Assembly (NCBI GenBank): GCA_951406725.2
Contig: OX597814.1
Location: forward strand, 103,664,001 to 103,728,000
Length of the DNA: 64,000 bases
Direction: 5' to 3'
DNA from: Octopus vulgaris
Taxonomy: Eukaryota
A model generated the notes under the pieces. That model was not told the DNA's origin and ran no database searches. It was given only the letters and a program-made list of their open reading frames with translations. The first letter of the stretch is position 1, and each line of letters begins with the position of its first letter. The position numbers and the translations under genes were made by a program. This document shows positions 41,785 to 55,102 of this stretch, in pieces.

Positions 41785-41790
<6 letters not shown>
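41645..41790 (+). mobile_element. Decayed PLE 3'-end fragment with degenerate hammerhead (41675-41710)
   Basis: ctttCAGTCGA-AGAGCATCGGCGC-GAAATGTG-aaag, upstream of (TA)n; same layout as the 31772 motif. Confidence 0.5.
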
Positions 41791-41849
<59 letters not shown>

Positions 41850-41914
41850 GGGGGGGGGGCGTGTGTGTGTGTTTGTGTATGTGTGTACATACGTGCGTGT
41901 GTGTGTGTATGTGT

Positions 41915-41959
<45 letters not shown>

Positions 41960-42544
41960 TTGAGAGCTGAGAGTTCACAGCGAGTTATTTCAAACTTCGT
42001 GTTGCCACTATTCACAGAGTTCTGTGGTGTGTCTGTGTGTCGGTAGTGATAGCCATCCCTTTCTCGATCACACCCACCCCGCCAATTTAATGTAGTTCGC
42101 AATTCACTTCTTTAGTTCCGAGCAAATAATTCCAAAAATTGGTTGAAAGTCACAGAAAACGAAAACTGATACAGCTTGGTGATGAAGTGTTTTGTACACA
42201 ATGTTCTCTGAAAAACGAAATGAAAAACAAATCCATGAAAAATGTATAAAACGAATCAAGAAAAAGTCTGAAAGATTTGTTTAGTGAAGAAATATATGAG
42301 ATTTCATGAATAACTGTTAAATAAGAAAATAGTTCTGGATGTAAAAGAGTAAAACTTTAAAGAAATCTTTTTGTTTTGTTTCTTTTTTCCAAAATTAAGA
42401 TTTAAAAAAAGTTCTGGCGAGTCTGGTGGTTCCATGAGGCCAACGGTTTATTTGTTGGACGAACTGGCGATGACAACACTGCCGCCGTCATCAGCTTTCA
42501 CTATAGTTATATACATACACATATAAACATATGTATATAGCGAG

Positions 42545-42589
<45 letters not shown>

Positions 42590-45500
42590 TAAATAGAGAG
42601 AGAGAAGGGGGAAAGAGAGAAAGAAAAGGAACAAACATCACAAACCACGCTTTCTAAATACACCCTCTGGTGTTACGTAATATGTTTGTATGGCTTCTCT
42701 CACTATACACTGTTGTTATATAACACACATACACACACATACACACACACACACACACACATATACATACACATATATTTGCATTGTGTGTGTATATGTG
42801 TGTATGTGTGTGCGTATGACCTCTCATTAAACAACATATAACAGAACGTGTATGATGAGACAGGCCATACAAACAAATTATGTAACAACAGAGAGTGCAT
42901 AATGAGAGGTCATACACATACACATACACACATACACACACACAGAAACTCACACACACACAGAAACACACACACACACACATATATATATATTACACAC
43001 ACGCGGAAACTCATACACACTCATACACACACATACACACACACACATGACGCTCTTCAGCAAAATGATGCGTAGCTATTTAAAATAATCTTAATCAACT
43101 TCAAAGATGAAGAAAACTGAAAGAAAAAGATTTTCTTGGAATTTTTTGATGAAAGAAAGAAATACTTAAAATCTTTGCAAAAAAGACAATTTTTGAAAAC
43201 CTCCCTACGTTAAAATGTGGAACAAGATTACCATTATTCACATATTGTACAGATTTATTCTTCGCTTGTATAAATTATTACTCCCCAGGGAATAATTTTA
43301 CTTCGTGACGCGAACCAATGTTCGAGAGTATTCCGTTAGGGTGATTGAATGGAGCAAACATATTGATGCGTGGCAACATGAAACTTAAAGTAACTCGATG
43401 TGAAGTTTTCACTTCTAAAATAAACTCAATTTGATCTATTGAGTTTTTTTTTTTTTTCAAATGCGACTATATTTTACTGCTTAGAACCCTTAAGTTTAAT
43501 GGTTGACTTAGAAACAACTTCCGCTTCTTAAAAAAAATATTGATTTACTATAATAGAAACCAATCTGGAATCTAATAATTTTCTTACTATTATCTTCGAT
43601 CTCTGTAAATCTTTCAACGACCCCGAAAAGATGAAAGGTTAATGTCGACTTCGACGGAATTTGAACTCAGAACATAAGGATCGAAGAAATGTCGCGAAGT
43701 ATTTTGCTCTTCGTGCTTACGAGTCTACCAGCCCGCTACTTTAACGCAGTATGGATATTATGTGGTATTCAGTAAGAATACAATAGAAATCATTCTAATC
43801 TCCAATTTGGATTAGTTTTCGGCTCATCTAATCTAATTAAATGCAAGAAAGCAATCTAATATCTAACCCCACCCTAACGACAGCAAGCGTGCGAACCCTA
43901 CACTATGCCGTTTAAACCAGAATTGTTTCACTGAAGATATAATATATCAGAGTAAAATAAATATTGCTAACTCCGCTAAAACACTTTTGGCCTCACCGCT
44001 AATCTTTTTAAGGTCCGATACAATCATCACACTTTTTTTTTCGTACGTCACTCTCAACGTATATTTGGGACTTCAAAAATAGAAACATCCCATATAACAT
44101 GACCTAGAGTTTCTTCAACCAGACTAACCATACACTGGAGATAGAAAGCCGCGTGGATTCTGTTTAGAAGATTTTTTTAATATTCTGTTAGCTTGGTTCG
44201 ATCGATTTTTGATATTTTATCAAAACAGACCAAAACTTACTAATAGTTGAAATTGCATTCTCCTCTCAATGTAATCGTTGTTACTGTGTATTCAGTGGAA
44301 GCCTTCTTATCTATAAATTCTAGTTCTCTCCTATTTATGGTTCGTTCCTACATCGATACAAATTGGCAAACTATAATTGCTTGGACAAGAATCTACTCAC
44401 TTCTAACATTTTGTGGATTGACACATCTGGTTTTACACAAAGGTTGTTCCTTAAGTACCATACAATAAATTCGTTGATCATCGTGGTATTATCTAACTAG
44501 TTTTTGTATTACAGTATTACTTATTCTCAAACTCATAATTCTCTTTGTTTTTCTCAGCATTTTTATTAAGGTTTCACTGCTTATCCATCCCTTCTAGCAC
44601 CTTCCATACCTCTTTCAGCGTCTTTATCCTTTTAGACCTGGTTTTTTTTTGTAGTCATTAAAACCAAACTAAATTATTTTTCACCTCACCTTAAATTATT
44701 TTTATTCAAATTGTATTAATTAGCTTTATGTTATAATTTTATATTTGAAATGTAACTATTCCAATTATTCTTAATAATTCTAAGTTATCTTAATTAATTG
44801 GCAATGTTTTAACGAGTTCTAAATATAAGAATCTGCATCACAAAATTACTCCAAATAAATTCTTCGTCTCCAGTATATTACAGGTATTTAGTTAAGTGCT
44901 GACCTTTTCTTTCCGCTTTCTTTACTATTCCCTTCTTTTTCTCTCCCCTTCTCTCACCGTTTTCGCACTCCCCTATCAACTTTTGTGTTTTCACTGACAT
45001 TTTTTCCTTTTACCTATTTTTAAAATCTGTTTTTGAGTTTCCAGTTTATTTATTTATTTTTTTGTGGGAATCTGTCTTTTCACTGCTTCGACCTTTGTCG
45101 CTAACATCATCATCATTCCGGAAATTTGATTTCATCACATCTTTTCACAACTGTCTCTTCTCTCCCTGTGCCAGGAAAACTACCACCAACAGTTACCACA
45201 GACAAGTTTCCCAACACTCCTTTTCCATTGACATTACATCACAAACACGTATACTCACATACACATACACACACACTATATGTGTATGTATGTTTGTGCA
45301 ATACTTTATCGCGGGAGGGTCATTCTGTCAACAATATCACACGCACTGGTTCACTTCATTATTAATTTATGTGTCCTCGTCTTACACTTACACATCTGTA
45401 AACTGTACAATGACTTTCTCACTGGGAAATGCAACAATATCGATTTCAGCACAAAGTTTCACTTCAGAAGTCTGGCAAAATAAATACACACACACACAGG

Positions 45501-45879
45501 CACCGATACATACACACGGATACATGTGTGTGTGTGTGTGTGTGTGCACATATATAAATATACGTACATGTATGTATGTGTGTATGTATGTGTGTATGTA
45601 TGTATGTATGTATGTATGTATGTATGTATGTATGTATGTATGTATGTATGTATGTATGTATGTATCTATCTATCTATTTATCCGTCTATCTGCGTGTCTG
45701 TCTCTCAGTGTGTCTGTCTGTCTACATATATACATATAAAAATAATGTTGATAATGGTGATAATGCGGAGGCAAATTATGATGTTAGTGGGGGGGGGGGT
45801 TGCGGGTGGAAGGGGAGTAAAAGAAGGAGGTGAAAATGGTGGTGGTGGTGGTGGGGTAGATGTCCAGGAAAGTTATAAT

Positions 45880-46143
45880 GATGCTGTTGTTGTTGTTGTT
45901 GATGATGATGATGATGATGATGATGACGACGATGATGATGATGTGATGATGATGATGATGATGACGATGACGATATCGACGACGACGATGATGATGATGA
46001 TGATGATGACGATGACGATGATGATGATGATGACGACGATGACGATGATGACGATGATAATTATGATGATGATGATGACGACGATGACGATGATGATGAT
46101 GATGATGATGACGATGATGATGATGATGATGATGATGATGTGA
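45880..46143. repeat. (GTT)/(GAT)/(GAC) trinucleotide array
   Basis: Directly visible. Confidence 0.97.
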
Positions 46144-46426
46144 ACATTTATGAAAAAGAACTTATATCCGACGTGTCAGGGTGGGTCAACCTCCAGAAAG
46201 TAAGACAGAAAAAAAGAAAAAAAAAATGTAAGAAATGCATTTTGTTTTCTGACTCTGAAAGTTTGGTTTAGTTTTAAAGTTGGAACAACTCTGCCAAAAG
46301 ACAGGAAGTGCAACGAAGAAAGAAAAACAAAAAAAAGAAAAAAAAAGAAAAGAAGAAAACAAAACAAAAGGCTATGTTGTGTTTATATTCATAGAAACCC
46401 ACTGACACACTCAAATATATCTTTAC

Positions 46427-46457
<31 letters not shown>

Positions 46458-47219
46458 TATGTCCTATATATTGAAATACACACACAAACGTGTGCGCGCG
46501 CGCATGTGCACGTGTGAGTGTTGGAATACACACGACGTCGATGTATGGCTGGTGTTTGCATACGTAAAAACGCAAGTGTCATTTGTTATATACGCACGTA
46601 TGTATGCATGTGTGTCTATGTGCGTGTGTATGCGTGTATGTATGTATGCGTATGTGTGTGTATGTACGTATGTGTGCATGTATGTATGTGTGTATGTGTG
46701 TATGTATGTACGTATGTGTGTGAATGTATGTGTGTATGTATGTGTGTGTATGTATGTGTGCATGTGTATGTATGTGTGTATATGTGTGTATATGTATGTA
46801 TGTCTGTGTATGTGAGTGTATGTATGTGTGTGTATGTATATATGTATATATGTACATGTGTGCGTGTATGTATATATGTGTGTATGGATGGATGGATGGA
46901 TGGATGAATGTATGGATGGACTGATAGACAGGCAGAGAACGGGTGCAATACAGGCGATGGTCTGTGTGTATTTGTGTGTATGCGTTTCTATGTGTGTGAG
47001 TGTGGGTGTGTGTGTGTGCGTACAGAGAGGTAGGGGAGGAGATGTTTAAAAAAGTGAAGAATAGTAAAGAGTTTGGGTGGAAGAGGAGGTTGGTGGTAGG
47101 GCGGGGATTTCAGTACAAGGTGGGGGGCAGGGATGGGAAGGAGAAACGAATCTGATAAGGATTCTGGGAGTAGTTCAGCTTTCTGAATCAAGTTGTGCGG
47201 AATCAGTTGAGATGGGAGA

Positions 47220-47339
<120 letters not shown>

Positions 47340-47481
47340 CAGCTCATCAGGAGTGTTTTAGAGTGTTAGCCACCGTTGGCCCAAGATCGTTTGGTAAACT
47401 GCCACACAATAACACCGCCAACTGGCAGACACAGACAAACAGACAGACAGACGGACGGACGGACAGAGAGAAGGACGGACG

Positions 47482-47541
<60 letters not shown>

Positions 47542-47924
47542 TAGTCAATGTCAGTAATCAGGTAATCAGGGCAACCAGTCAGGCGGTTCCACCCTAAAAC
47601 AGTTTAGGAGGTGGGGGGAAGGGAAAGTTGGGCAAAGTAATTCAATAATGAATAAGGTAAATAGTTTCATGCAATAACAACAACATCAACAACGATAACA
47701 ACGATGATGGTGACGTGGAGGAGGAGGAGGAGGAGGCCTTTCTATTCATTCACTGCATGTGCTACAGAAACGTTTAAATTCAGTAACGAACTCCACAATT
47801 AATCAATGGAGACAAAATATACTTAGATAAATCCATACCTGTATAGGTGTGGTGCGTAGGGAATGGAATGTGTGTGTGTGTATGTAAGTATCTATATATG
47901 TGTGTATGTATGTGTGTATGTGTG

Positions 47925-47988
<64 letters not shown>

Positions 47989-48418
47989 AATAGATTGACA
48001 TAGATATGTATGTTTATATAATAAATATATAAGTATAAAGAGACAGAGATGCAGACAGAGAAAAAGAAAGGCTGTGGAATGTGTATGTGTCTATATCAAT
48101 ATCAGTGTGTGTGTGTGTGTGTGTGTAGTTCACAGATGATTTCCAGATATTTTCCGTATAGAACACAGTAGTGCTCAAAAGATTCAAGCTTAGACTCCGA
48201 TGTCTTTACAGGGGATCGGTTCCAGAAGACAAAGAAGGGCTATAAAAGGGATCAATTTGAGCGAGATTAGAAGCAATTATGCAGATAAAACAAATTAGAC
48301 ACATCAGATGTATTAAATACATTAAATTCATCAAATACGAGAGAAAGCAAAAGGTGGAAACTTTCAGATGATAAATGATGAATTTATATACATACATGCA
48401 TACATACATACATACATG

Positions 48419-48452
<34 letters not shown>

Positions 48453-48456
<4 letters not shown>

Positions 48457-49634
48457 GGGTCGCGATGGGAACTAGGATGGGCCCCAATTTCGCCAATCTC
48501 TTTCTTGGCTACATTGAGGCCCAAGTGTTCTCCCAGTTCTCTGGGCCGACCCCCGAACTATACGGTCGCTATATCGACGACTGCGTAGGTGCCACCTCCC
48601 TTTCCCGTGAACTTCTCGGCCAATTCATCTCTTTCCTTTCCAACTTTCACCCCTCTCTTCAATTCACCTCCACCATCTCCAACACCTCTGTCAACTTCCT
48701 TGACATCTCTCTCCGCATCGATCACCCCTCCAGCTCTCTCACCACCACCGCCTTCTTTAAACCTACGGATTCCCACCTCTATCTCAACTTCTCTTCCTCC
48801 CACCCCTTCCACACCAAACGAGCCATCCCCTACTCCCAGTTCCTCCGCCTCCGACGTTTGTGCAGCCGCGACCAGGATTTCGAGACCCAATCTCAATACC
48901 TGGCCCGCATGTTCAGACTCCGAGGGTACCCACCCACACTCCTCTCTGATGCCCTCACCCGCGCCCGTCGCATCGACCGCACTACCGCCTTGTCTCCTTC
49001 CCCCCGCCCAACCCCCAACCGCACCCCCTTCCCCCTCCTTTTCCACCCCTCTACCCTACCCCTTCGTCGCAAGATACTACGTGCCTTCCGTGGCCTCCAG
49101 CTTGATCCCACCACCCGCCCCATTTTCCCTAACCGACCCCTGTCCTCTTTCAAACGAGCCCGCAATCTGCGTGACCTCCTGGTCCACAGCACCCTCTCTC
49201 CTTCCCCCTCAGCCCCACACGGATCATTCCCTTGCTCTAGATCCCGCTGCAACACTTGCCCCTTCATCACCAACACCACCGCTGTCACCGACTCCAACCT
49301 GCATACTGTACGCATTAGGCACTCTTTTACGTGCACCTCGTCTGGCCTTATTTACTGCATTAAATGCAACCTATGCGGGATGCTGTATGTAGGTCAGACG
49401 GGACGCCGGTTGTCCGACCGTTTCACTGAACACTTGAGGGACGTTCGCCTACACTCCTTTTCTCCCGTCGCACGCCACTTCCGCTCGGCCGGCCATTCCC
49501 GAGATGACATCTCAGTGTTTGGTCTCGCCCCCCACAATGGTCGCCCACTTTCCAGGCTCCACTTGGAGCAACGCTACATCTTCACCCTACAAACTACCAC
49601 CCCACACGGACTTAACACAGCCCCCTCCTCTTGA
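48453..49634 (+). CDS. PLE reverse transcriptase (C-terminal half) + GIY-YIG endonuclease, uninterrupted
   Basis: GVAMGTRMGPNFANLF, RYIDD, VNFLD, KPTDSHLYLNFSSSHP, IPYSQFLRLRRLCS, PCSRSRCNTC, FTCTSSGLIYCIKCNLCGMLYVGQTGRRLSDRFTEH, VARHF, PHGLN. The track's N-terminal extension is microsatellite. Confidence 0.95.
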
Positions 49635-51239
49635 GACCGTTTTTTTTTTTTTTTTTTTCGGACACACCACCCACACACACCCACCCACCCACCTACCTCC
49701 CACCCACCTACCTCCCACACGCCTGTTCACACACACACATACGTAGACCCATCTGCGTACATACATTCACACATTTAATCACACACACTTACACACACAC
49801 ATACATACATACACACACGCATACATACTTACACACACACACACACACACACAGACATACATACACACATACACACACACATACATACGCACATACATAC
49901 ACACACACTCACACACACACACCGCACGTACATACTTCACACACACACACATGCACACATACATGTAGGCACATACATACATACATACCCACACATGCAC
50001 ACCCGTACACACATACACCTTTTTGCATCCAGGCAGCCCCCCCCTCTTTTCTGCTTTCCGGTTTTGGCTGATGGATCCTCGGTTCCCGCGTAGCGGGGCG
50101 TTCGCGGGCCTTTGCCCTCGCGCGCCTTGGCGCGCGCTGGGGGCTCGGTCGGCCCCTTTGGGCTTGCGTTGCACTGCTTGTGCGCGGTGTGCGTGAGCGC
50201 GCTTCGTGTGTGTGGGATTGCTTCGGATGTGCGCATGCGTATGTTTGCATACATACCCACACACTCGCATGCATCCCTACCCACATACATACACGCACAC
50301 CTACTCACACACACACATACACACACACACATACCCGCACACACACACACATACATACATACACACACATACCCACTTCAGACATACACACACACAGACA
50401 TACACCCATACACCCACACTCACACGCATACACACACACACATACACACGCACACGTACACATACACACACACACCTACATACATACATTACACTTGTAT
50501 ACACACACACTTACATTCATACACACACACACCTACACAGCCATACCCTCACTCAGACACACACATCTACCTACACACACACACAAACACACACTGACAC
50601 ACACCCATACATACATACATCTACACACTCACGCCTACACACATACAAAAACACACACACATACACATACACACACATACGCACACACGCATATACTTAT
50701 ACACATGCACACACACACACATATATACATACACCCATATACATACACACACACATACCTACATACTCCTATACGCACATACATACACACAGACATACAC
50801 ACACAAACACACACACACACACACACATACATACACACATACACGGACACACCCATACATACTTACATACATACACCTATACACACACGCCTACACACCT
50901 ACACACACACATGCATACACACACACATGTACGCACATACACACACATATACGCACACACATATATACCCACACACATGCACACACACACACATACGCAC
51001 ATACATGCACGCATGCACACGCGCACACCTACACGCATACACACACACACACGCACGTACACATAATACATACACACACGCATACATACACCCATACACA
51101 TACATGCATCCTACACACACATACATACACACTCACACATACATACACACACACGCACTCACTCACACACCTGTATGTTCGCGCACACACATGCACATAC
51201 ACACACTTCCCCACACCCACACGTACATACATACACACT

Positions 51240-51270
<31 letters not shown>

Positions 51271-52134
51271 GGACATACATCTATGCACACACATATATAC
51301 ACACATACTCACATACATTCATCGGACACACTGCCACCCAGACATACACACAGACACACTCACACATCCACACACACACATACGTACGCGCACACTCGCA
51401 GGCGCGCGCACACACGCGCTTGCGCCGGTTCGCGCACGCATGCGCGCCGCATGCACCTCGCCCTTGGACCCGACGAGACCTCCCGCCCGTTCCTGGGATG
51501 TCGCTTGTCGTTGGGTTTTCCCACGCCCGTCTCCGCGGGACCACTCTTCCATCTTCCCCTCCGCTGGAGTCTTTTTCCTAACCCCCCCTTTTTTTTCGTT
51601 ACACACACGCGCACACATATACACACATTGCTTAAACATATACATTACTCTTACACACATTCAATCTACTCGCCACTAATACTACCACGACACTGGACAC
51701 ACACACACACTACTACTCAACACACGCTGGCACGCTACATACGCCCCCACCCCTTCCCCTCCCTCCCTTCCTCCTTCCTCCCTTTTCTCACTACTGACCT
51801 TTGTCTGCTATGCTGCTGCTATGCTGACCACCGTCTCGCCCTACCTCACACGCCTACACACAGACGCACACACTAACACATACATATATTTTTTGTTTTT
51901 TTACCTCGCCTCACACACACACATACACACACGCACACGCACACACTCACACATACACACACACCTGTTGCGTTACCAACCTTGTCTCCACTCTTTTGCC
52001 TTTAAAAACCCACTTTGCTCTTGTTATCGTAAACATCCGCCTTTCACCATGTGCTACTCCTAACACCAGTCGTTTTTTTCTCTATCTCCGTTGCCCGCTC
52101 CGGGATCTTTCTTTCCTCTCTCTTCCTTCTTTAT

Positions 52135-52169
52135 GTTTCCGACGAAGAGCTCCGCTCGAAACGTCATAC
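52135..52169 (+). ncRNA. Minimal type I hammerhead, U4C variant, GUC cleavage site (after 52165)
   Basis: guuu-CCGACGA-a-GAGC ucc GCUC-GAAAC-GUC^auac. Confidence 0.7.
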
Positions 52170-52255
52170 CTCCCTGCTTCCATTTCCTGAGCGCCTATTA
52201 ATAATAATACTGTAATTGTTCCATTGTTGTTGTTTTTTTGTTTCCCGTTTGGATT

Positions 52256-52304
<49 letters not shown>

Positions 52305-52364
52305 TTCAACTTTCACAGAATACAGACAGCAGATAAATTTAAAGGGGTAGAAAGGCATTATAAG

Positions 52365-52484
52365 TCCAACAAGTGTTTCCGGGGCTCGGTGATCCATAAT
52401 AATGTAGATAGATTTTGTCCGTTACAAAATGTAGCCGTATGGATGCAATTAACATAGGATGAGACGAGCCTCCGTTATCAGAGT
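52365..52484 (-). ncRNA. Hammerhead-like motif with ~70-nt loop in stem II
   Basis: Minus strand: CUGAUAA-CGGAGGCUCG..CGAGCCCCG-GAAAC acuu GUU; stem I weak, G8A change; faces (TA)n at 52261-52302. Confidence 0.45.
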
Positions 52485-52849
52485 AGAGAAGATCTTACAT
52501 TCCAGATCTTAATGCAGAGAAGTTCAAAGCTGGAATGATGTGGAGAGTTAAGTGTATTAGTGGGGGGAATTCGGAATATGGTATAAAGGCAGGGTATAGT
52601 GAGAAAGAAAAGATAGTTCGAGAAGAGTGAAGGGTTAATAATGAAGCTAGCAAGGGAGTAGTAGTAGAGGTGGGGAGTAAGAAGGCGAATAGGAAGTTGG
52701 GCGTTGATAGTATATGAATGGTAGTCTATTGTGGAATTGTACTGGTGATGTCATCACTTGGTTCCACTCTCTACCTGGCTGTTAGGAAGACTAATTCACT
52801 TTCAGGATAATAACTGAACCTGCAACTCATCTACCGATTTCTTCTATAT

Positions 52850-53180
52850 AGCCATGGGCTCATCTGACTCAGCCCACTTTACTGATCTAGTTGGCCTATT
52901 CCTTCTTTCGCAAATTAAACAACACTTCCCTAACCTCTTCGATATGACACACTCTTTACAGGAACTGGATTAACTCGAACGTCTATGGAACGCACCAGAA
53001 AAGCCCTTCACAAACATTTTAAAAACTAACTTGAGTATCTCGTTCGAAAATGGCACTAAGGTGGCCAATTTCTTAGACGTTACCCTGGACTTAAATACAA
53101 ATCACCCTTTCCATAAACTCAATCAATCTTTACAATACATCAATGTCCTATCAAACCCCTCTAAACTTACCCATAATTGT
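52850..53180 (+). mobile_element. Naiad-type PLE RT fragment
   Basis: AMGSSDSAHFTDLVGLFLL..ERTRKALHKHF..NGTKVANFLDVTLDLN..PFHKLNQSLQYINVLSNP. Confidence 0.78.
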
Positions 53181-54184
53181 ATATTATCCCATTCATTTGG
53201 ATACTCACCAGTCAACTCCTCTTTATTCACGTCTTTCTATTCAATTTCTTACACCTCTGCATACCACTGTATTCCCCCTCCAATACCAACCAACAGTCAT
53301 TACCCCACTAACCAATGCTATCTCGACCACCAACTCATCCCCACACTGTTCACCCGCTCTATCTTAGTAATCTCTCTCTCTCTCTCTCAGTCACTGAACT
53401 AGACACCGTATTTCCCTCAAATAACTGCCATCCCTTTTCTCATCATCTCAACCAATAATTGTATTTTATTAATAATTTATTTTAAATGTATTTTATTTTA
53501 TTAACAACCTTCACAAAAATTTAAATATAATAACCAACTCTGAAATCCATCAAACACCATGTGACTATAAAGAATGTAGAATCATTCAAAAGAAACGTAT
53601 TCTACAAATAACCACTCCCCAACGGACCAAGAAATGTTTCCAACTTCAACAAGCAGTGCTGCTGTCGGATTTTACCCAAACAATCAGTTGTGAAAAACAG
53701 CTCATTGATGAACGTCATGGTATACTACTACCGCTACCAAGCGTAATTCAAATTAATAACGGAGGAAAATTCCTCTTTGAATAATGTCATATTTATGCAC
53801 CCTGAAGAGATGGTACTAATAATGCATAAATCGCTGCATATAAATATGCAACAGTATGCAGTTAATGCGATCGAAATACGTGTCGGACAATTACTATGAA
53901 TAAACCAACTATAAATAAACATGAAGTTTGAATGTTCAAATACATCTTTCACCTTATCATTATCAATATTGTACTTTACATTCTAAGTAGCCAGGGAAAA
54001 AATGTAATAGGAGGTAATGGAAATTTATCATAAAGCGTATGTCTGAAGGGACCAGCCTTGGAATTTTACATAGAGAAATTCGGTACCTGCCTGGATATTA
54101 TATCTCTTCTGTTACTATATATATAAATGTGTGTGTGTATGTGTGTATATGTATACACAAACACAAACACACATACACACACAT

Positions 54185-54380
54185 AGTTAATTAAAAAATG
54201 GAGAAAAAAGACAAGAGGTAAAAAACAACAACGCGAGGACGTTGTACATTAATGAGGCGCTCAGAGAAAGAAAGAAAGAGTGGTTATTTTACATTTAGAG
54301 TAAAGCTCTTCTTCGGAAACAGGAGACAGAGGAAAGCCCAAAAGAAAAGGGAGAAGGAGGAAAAAATCGCCAACAGTTCA
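54185..54380 (-). mobile_element. Solo PLE 3' end with degenerate HHR (54286-54320)
   Basis: Homolog of 17685-17889; guuu-CCGAAGA-aGAGC uuu ACUC-UAAAU-GUA^aaau. Confidence 0.7.
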
Positions 54381-54394
54381 CTTGTAGTTACATT

Positions 54395-55080
54395 TTTGCA
54401 ATGTTTCTCCAGCCACAGGTCCTGTTTCAGAGTTTTGGAAAAGAGATGTGTAACATCACTGGCCAGCCACGTCTGGCAACTAAGAGACGGTGGGATTCCA
54501 TACTCTATCCCATGGAAAATTCTCTAAAACCCAGGCCTACACACCCATACACACACATACACACATACACGCACACACACATACATATATATATGAGTAA
54601 CAAAGATGTACATATTACTCATTTATATTCTGTTCAGCTAACTTGGAATCTGCACTTCGGAAATGTTATAGAAAGTACCTTTATAAAAATACATGCCTAA
54701 ATTACTACGAGTGGATATCTTCACTTAGCTGGATTGCATTGTCTGCACACACGGCAGCAATATCAGGTACAAACACCACTGCACGGAGTCTTGATATTCA
54801 ATATTCAATTAATGTTGTTTGGATGAGCGGATTATACCGATCTAGTAAGGTGCCTCGATTTAAGTACCTAATTCAACTGAATCTTATATATATACATGTG
54901 TGTGTATCTGTATAAATATGTACACACATACACAACACATACACTCTACATCATACAAGTCCACATCGAAGGATATCAAATAAAGACCCTGAAGAAATTG
55001 CACCAGTGTAATAGTAGGGTTGCAATTGCAATGGTTGCTGATCGGTGCAATTGAAACTTGTGTTGGTCTTTGTTAGGCGG
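54395..55080 (+). mobile_element. Plus-strand Naiad-type 3' fragment (GIY-YIG piece + 3' end)
   Basis: 54395-54535 encodes HRSCFRVLEKRCVTSLASHVWQLRDGGIPYSIPWKIL, an inverted homolog of 55470-55610; ends in an HHR and (TA)n. Confidence 0.65.
54982..55071 (+). ncRNA. Type I hammerhead ribozyme with extended stem II
   Basis: AAAGACC-CUGAAGA-AAUUGCACC[39 nt]GGUGCAAUU-GAAAC uugu GUU^GGUCUUU. Perfect 7-bp stem I and 9-bp stem II. Confidence 0.85.
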
Positions 55081-55102
55081 TATATAAATTATATATATAT
55101 AT

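Larger units (their letters stand above)
48452..52260 (+). mobile_element. Young 5'-truncated Neptune-like PLE inserted in (TA)n, with a 2.6-kb CA-rich 3' region ending in an HHR-bearing pLTR end
   Basis: Begins abruptly after (TA)n in mid-RT; ends at (TA)n 52261-52302; last ~190 bp match the solo ends at 17685 and 31701. Confidence 0.92.

Noticed and set aside
44060-44660. Possible ancient LINE-derived coding remnant on the minus strand
   Set aside because: Strand-biased composition only; no recognisable motif.
48558-49392. Overlapping alternative-frame and antisense ORFs in the PLE
   Set aside because: Explained by the C-rich codon bias of the real RT/GIY-YIG frame.
50180-51679. 499-aa His/Thr-rich ORF and dozens of similar YI/CV/HT/poly-I ORFs
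   Set aside because: Translations of stop-free microsatellites; no domain content.
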